Positions 1 through 350 of a DNA stretch of 350 bases are shown here, one piece after another. A program made the translations under genes and the position numbers. The stretch lies in sequence record AF056252.1; one strand, written 5' to 3'. The stretch comes from a phage. The notes under the pieces are model-generated. The model worked only from the letters and a program-made list of their open reading frames with translations. It was not told where the DNA came from and did no database searches. Within the stretch, counting starts at the first letter, position 1. The number at the start of each line of letters is the position of its first letter.

Positions 1-107
1 TTCCCCTTGTTAACAAAATGTTTAATGCTGGTTGTTCTGCTACCGTCCAGCAGGTTACGCAGCGCACCTTTTAAGACGGTTGCGTTATCTGGTTTATATA
101 GCCTCAT
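1..107 (-). CDS. Partial CDS (N-terminal 35 codons) of an unrecognised protein; continues beyond the left edge of the window
   Basis: Reverse complement of 1-107 reads ATG AGG CTA TAT AAA CCA GAT AAC GCA ACC GTC TTA AAA GGT GCG CTG CGT AAC CTG CTG GAC GGT AGC AGA ACA ACC AGC ATT AAA CAT TTT GTT AAC AAG GGG (MRLYKPDNATVLKGALRNLLDGSRTTSIKHFVNKG...) with no stop to the window edge. An in-frame TAG lies upstream (complement of 160-162) with no other ATG/GTG/TTG in between, so ATG at 107 is the only start. Codons are mostly E. coli-preferred (CTG x3, CGT, AAC, ACC, GGT, GCG, GAC). G+C is higher than in the adjacent intergenic DNA. A 35-codon open frame alone is weak evidence; the SD and codon usage carry the call. 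Confidence 0.6.
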   Translation of the reverse strand, partial: MRLYKPDNATVLKGALRNLLDGSRTTSIKHFVNKG

Positions 108-114
108 TTGTTGG

Positions 115-120
115 CCTCCC
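115..120 (-). promoter_or_regulatory. Shine-Dalgarno / ribosome-binding site for the minus-strand CDS
   Basis: Plus-strand CCTCCC at 115-120 is GGGAGG on the minus strand, separated by 7 nt (108-114) from the ATG at 107-105. This is a near-ideal SD sequence and spacing for enterobacteria. Confidence 0.6.
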
Positions 121-138
121 TCGTTAATCGGTGAGTGA

Positions 139-168
139 ATGATAAAGGTATTTTCTTTCTAGGGGCAA
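139..168 (-). promoter_or_regulatory. Candidate sigma70 promoter for the minus-strand CDS
   Basis: On the minus strand, TTGCCC (complement of 163-168; 4 of 6 to TTGACA), an 18-bp spacer, then TATCAT (complement of 139-144; 5 of 6 to TATAAT). This would start transcription near 132-136 and give a roughly 25-30 nt leader before the ATG at 107. Hexamer matching by eye only; alternative -10-like hexamers (TAAAAT, complement of 174-179) exist. Confidence 0.3.
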
Positions 169-207
169 ATATTATTTTACCTTTTTATTTTCCTTGCCTA
201 ACGCTTA

Positions 208-236
208 TTTTTATGTTAACCGCGCAGCGGTATAAT
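208..236 (+). promoter_or_regulatory. Candidate sigma70 promoter reading rightward (perfect -10, weak -35)
   Basis: TATAAT at 231-236 is an exact consensus -10. At 17-bp spacing the best -35 is TTTTTA (208-213), only 3 of 6 matches to TTGACA. There is no extended -10 TG (upstream bases are CGG). AT-rich upstream DNA could act as an UP element. Predicted transcription start near 243-244. The target gene would lie beyond the right edge of the window. Confidence 0.4.
219..231. repeat. Short inverted repeat ACCGC-gca-GCGGT directly abutting the -10 hexamer
   Basis: Positions 219-223 ACCGC and 227-231 GCGGT are perfect reverse complements (5-bp arms, 3-bp spacer). It is the only G+C-rich island in the AT-rich region and sits in the spacer/-10 junction of the candidate plus-strand promoter. 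Confidence 0.4.
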
Positions 237-328
237 AAAGAACAAAACACGGCGAAACCACCAGGGCGACGGGTGAAGCTTTACTTTAATATTACCCCAC
301 CGCATTTAGCTCGTTAGAAAGCGTTTAA

Positions 329-347
329 GGGTACCGAACTCGAATTC
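329..347. other. Restriction-site cluster (KpnI GGTACC, SacI-like GAACTC, EcoRI GAATTC) resembling a pUC/M13mp-type polylinker segment
   Basis: 329-347 reads GGGTACCGAACTCGAATTC. From memory, the pUC19 polylinker contains GGGTACCGAGCTCGAATTC, which differs at a single position (G to A inside the SacI site). Identity is based on recall, not a database search. Confidence 0.35.
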
Positions 348-350
348 CAT

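Larger units (their letters stand above)
121..240. promoter_or_regulatory. AT-rich intergenic region with promoter-like signals on both strands
   Basis: Hand count gives about one third G+C across 121-240, versus about 44-46% in 1-107 and 241-350. Multiple T-tracts and three copies of TTATTTT (172-178, 185-191, 205-211). Promoter-like hexamers on both strands. No convincing coding frame. Confidence 0.55.

Noticed and set aside
1-138. Plus-strand frame 1 is open from the window start to a TGA at 136-138 and could be the C-terminus of a rightward gene
   Set aside because: Its codons are dominated by rare ones (TTA x5, CTA, AGG) and its translation (…LLPSSRLRSAPFKTVALSGLYSLICWPPSLIGE) has the L/S/R-rich look of an antisense frame. 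The opposite strand has a strong SD plus ATG and preferred codons. Cannot be excluded without the upstream sequence.
9-220. Two HpaI sites (GTTAAC at 9-14 and 215-220) as possible repeat or insertion boundaries
   Set aside because: Six-bp palindromes recur by chance; there is no extended similarity between the flanks and no target-site-duplication-like pattern.
287-294. 8-bp AT palindrome TAATATTA
   Set aside because: Short, AT-only palindromes are common in AT-rich DNA; no flanking symmetry or associated motif to suggest a binding site.
243-300. Possible intrinsic terminator or structured RNA in the G+C-rich stretch 250-280 followed by T-rich 279-293
   Set aside because: The best stem I can find by eye (CACC at 259-262 with GGTG at 272-275) is only 4 bp with a 9-nt loop, and the downstream T-run is interrupted (CTTTACTTTAAT). 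On the minus strand a UCACC/GGUGG stem followed by an interrupted U-run is similarly weak. Does not meet usual terminator criteria; would need a folding program.
135-317. The 60-aa plus-strand ORF from the supplied track (GTG start; MNDKGIFFLGANIILPFYFPCLTLIFMLTAQRYNKEQNTAKPPGRRVKLYFNITPPHLAR), with a hydrophobic N-terminal stretch that superficially resembles a small membrane peptide or type I toxin
   Set aside because: It starts at GTG with no properly spaced Shine-Dalgarno (only GGTGA directly abutting the start). It runs through the AT-rich region and the TATAAT hexamer. It is rich in rare codons (CTA, TTA, GGG, CGA, CGG), and the F/L/I-rich composition is what a T-rich strand gives by chance. 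The hydrophobic segment contains two prolines. Most likely spurious.
306-350. Minus-strand ATG at 350-348 opening a 14-codon frame (MEFEFGTLKRFLTS, stop at complement of 306-308)
   Set aside because: Too short and its upstream region lies outside the window; all three minus-strand frames entering from the right edge hit stops between 306 and 327, so no minus-strand CDS spans this region.

Overview
This window appears to be the 5' end of a leftward (minus-strand) protein-coding gene (1-107) followed by about 240 bp of non-coding, promoter-like DNA. The minus-strand CDS starts at an ATG (complement of 105-107) with a strong Shine-Dalgarno GGGAGG 7 nt upstream and uses mostly E. coli-preferred codons; I do not recognise the protein. 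The stretch 121-240 is AT-rich (about one third G+C by hand count, versus mid-40s % on either side). It contains a perfect sigma70 -10 hexamer TATAAT (231-236, plus strand) with a weak -35, and a plausible divergent minus-strand promoter (TTGCCC-18-TATCAT) for the CDS. The right end (329-347) carries a KpnI/SacI-like/EcoRI cluster that matches the pUC/M13mp polylinker, as I recall it, at 18 of 19 positions; this could mean vector-derived or engineered sequence, or chance. The 60-aa ORF in the supplied track (135-317) is probably spurious. I see no rRNA, tRNA, CRISPR repeats, IS termini or convincing intrinsic terminator, and no defensible novel system; all calls are from reading the sequence by eye, with no searches run.
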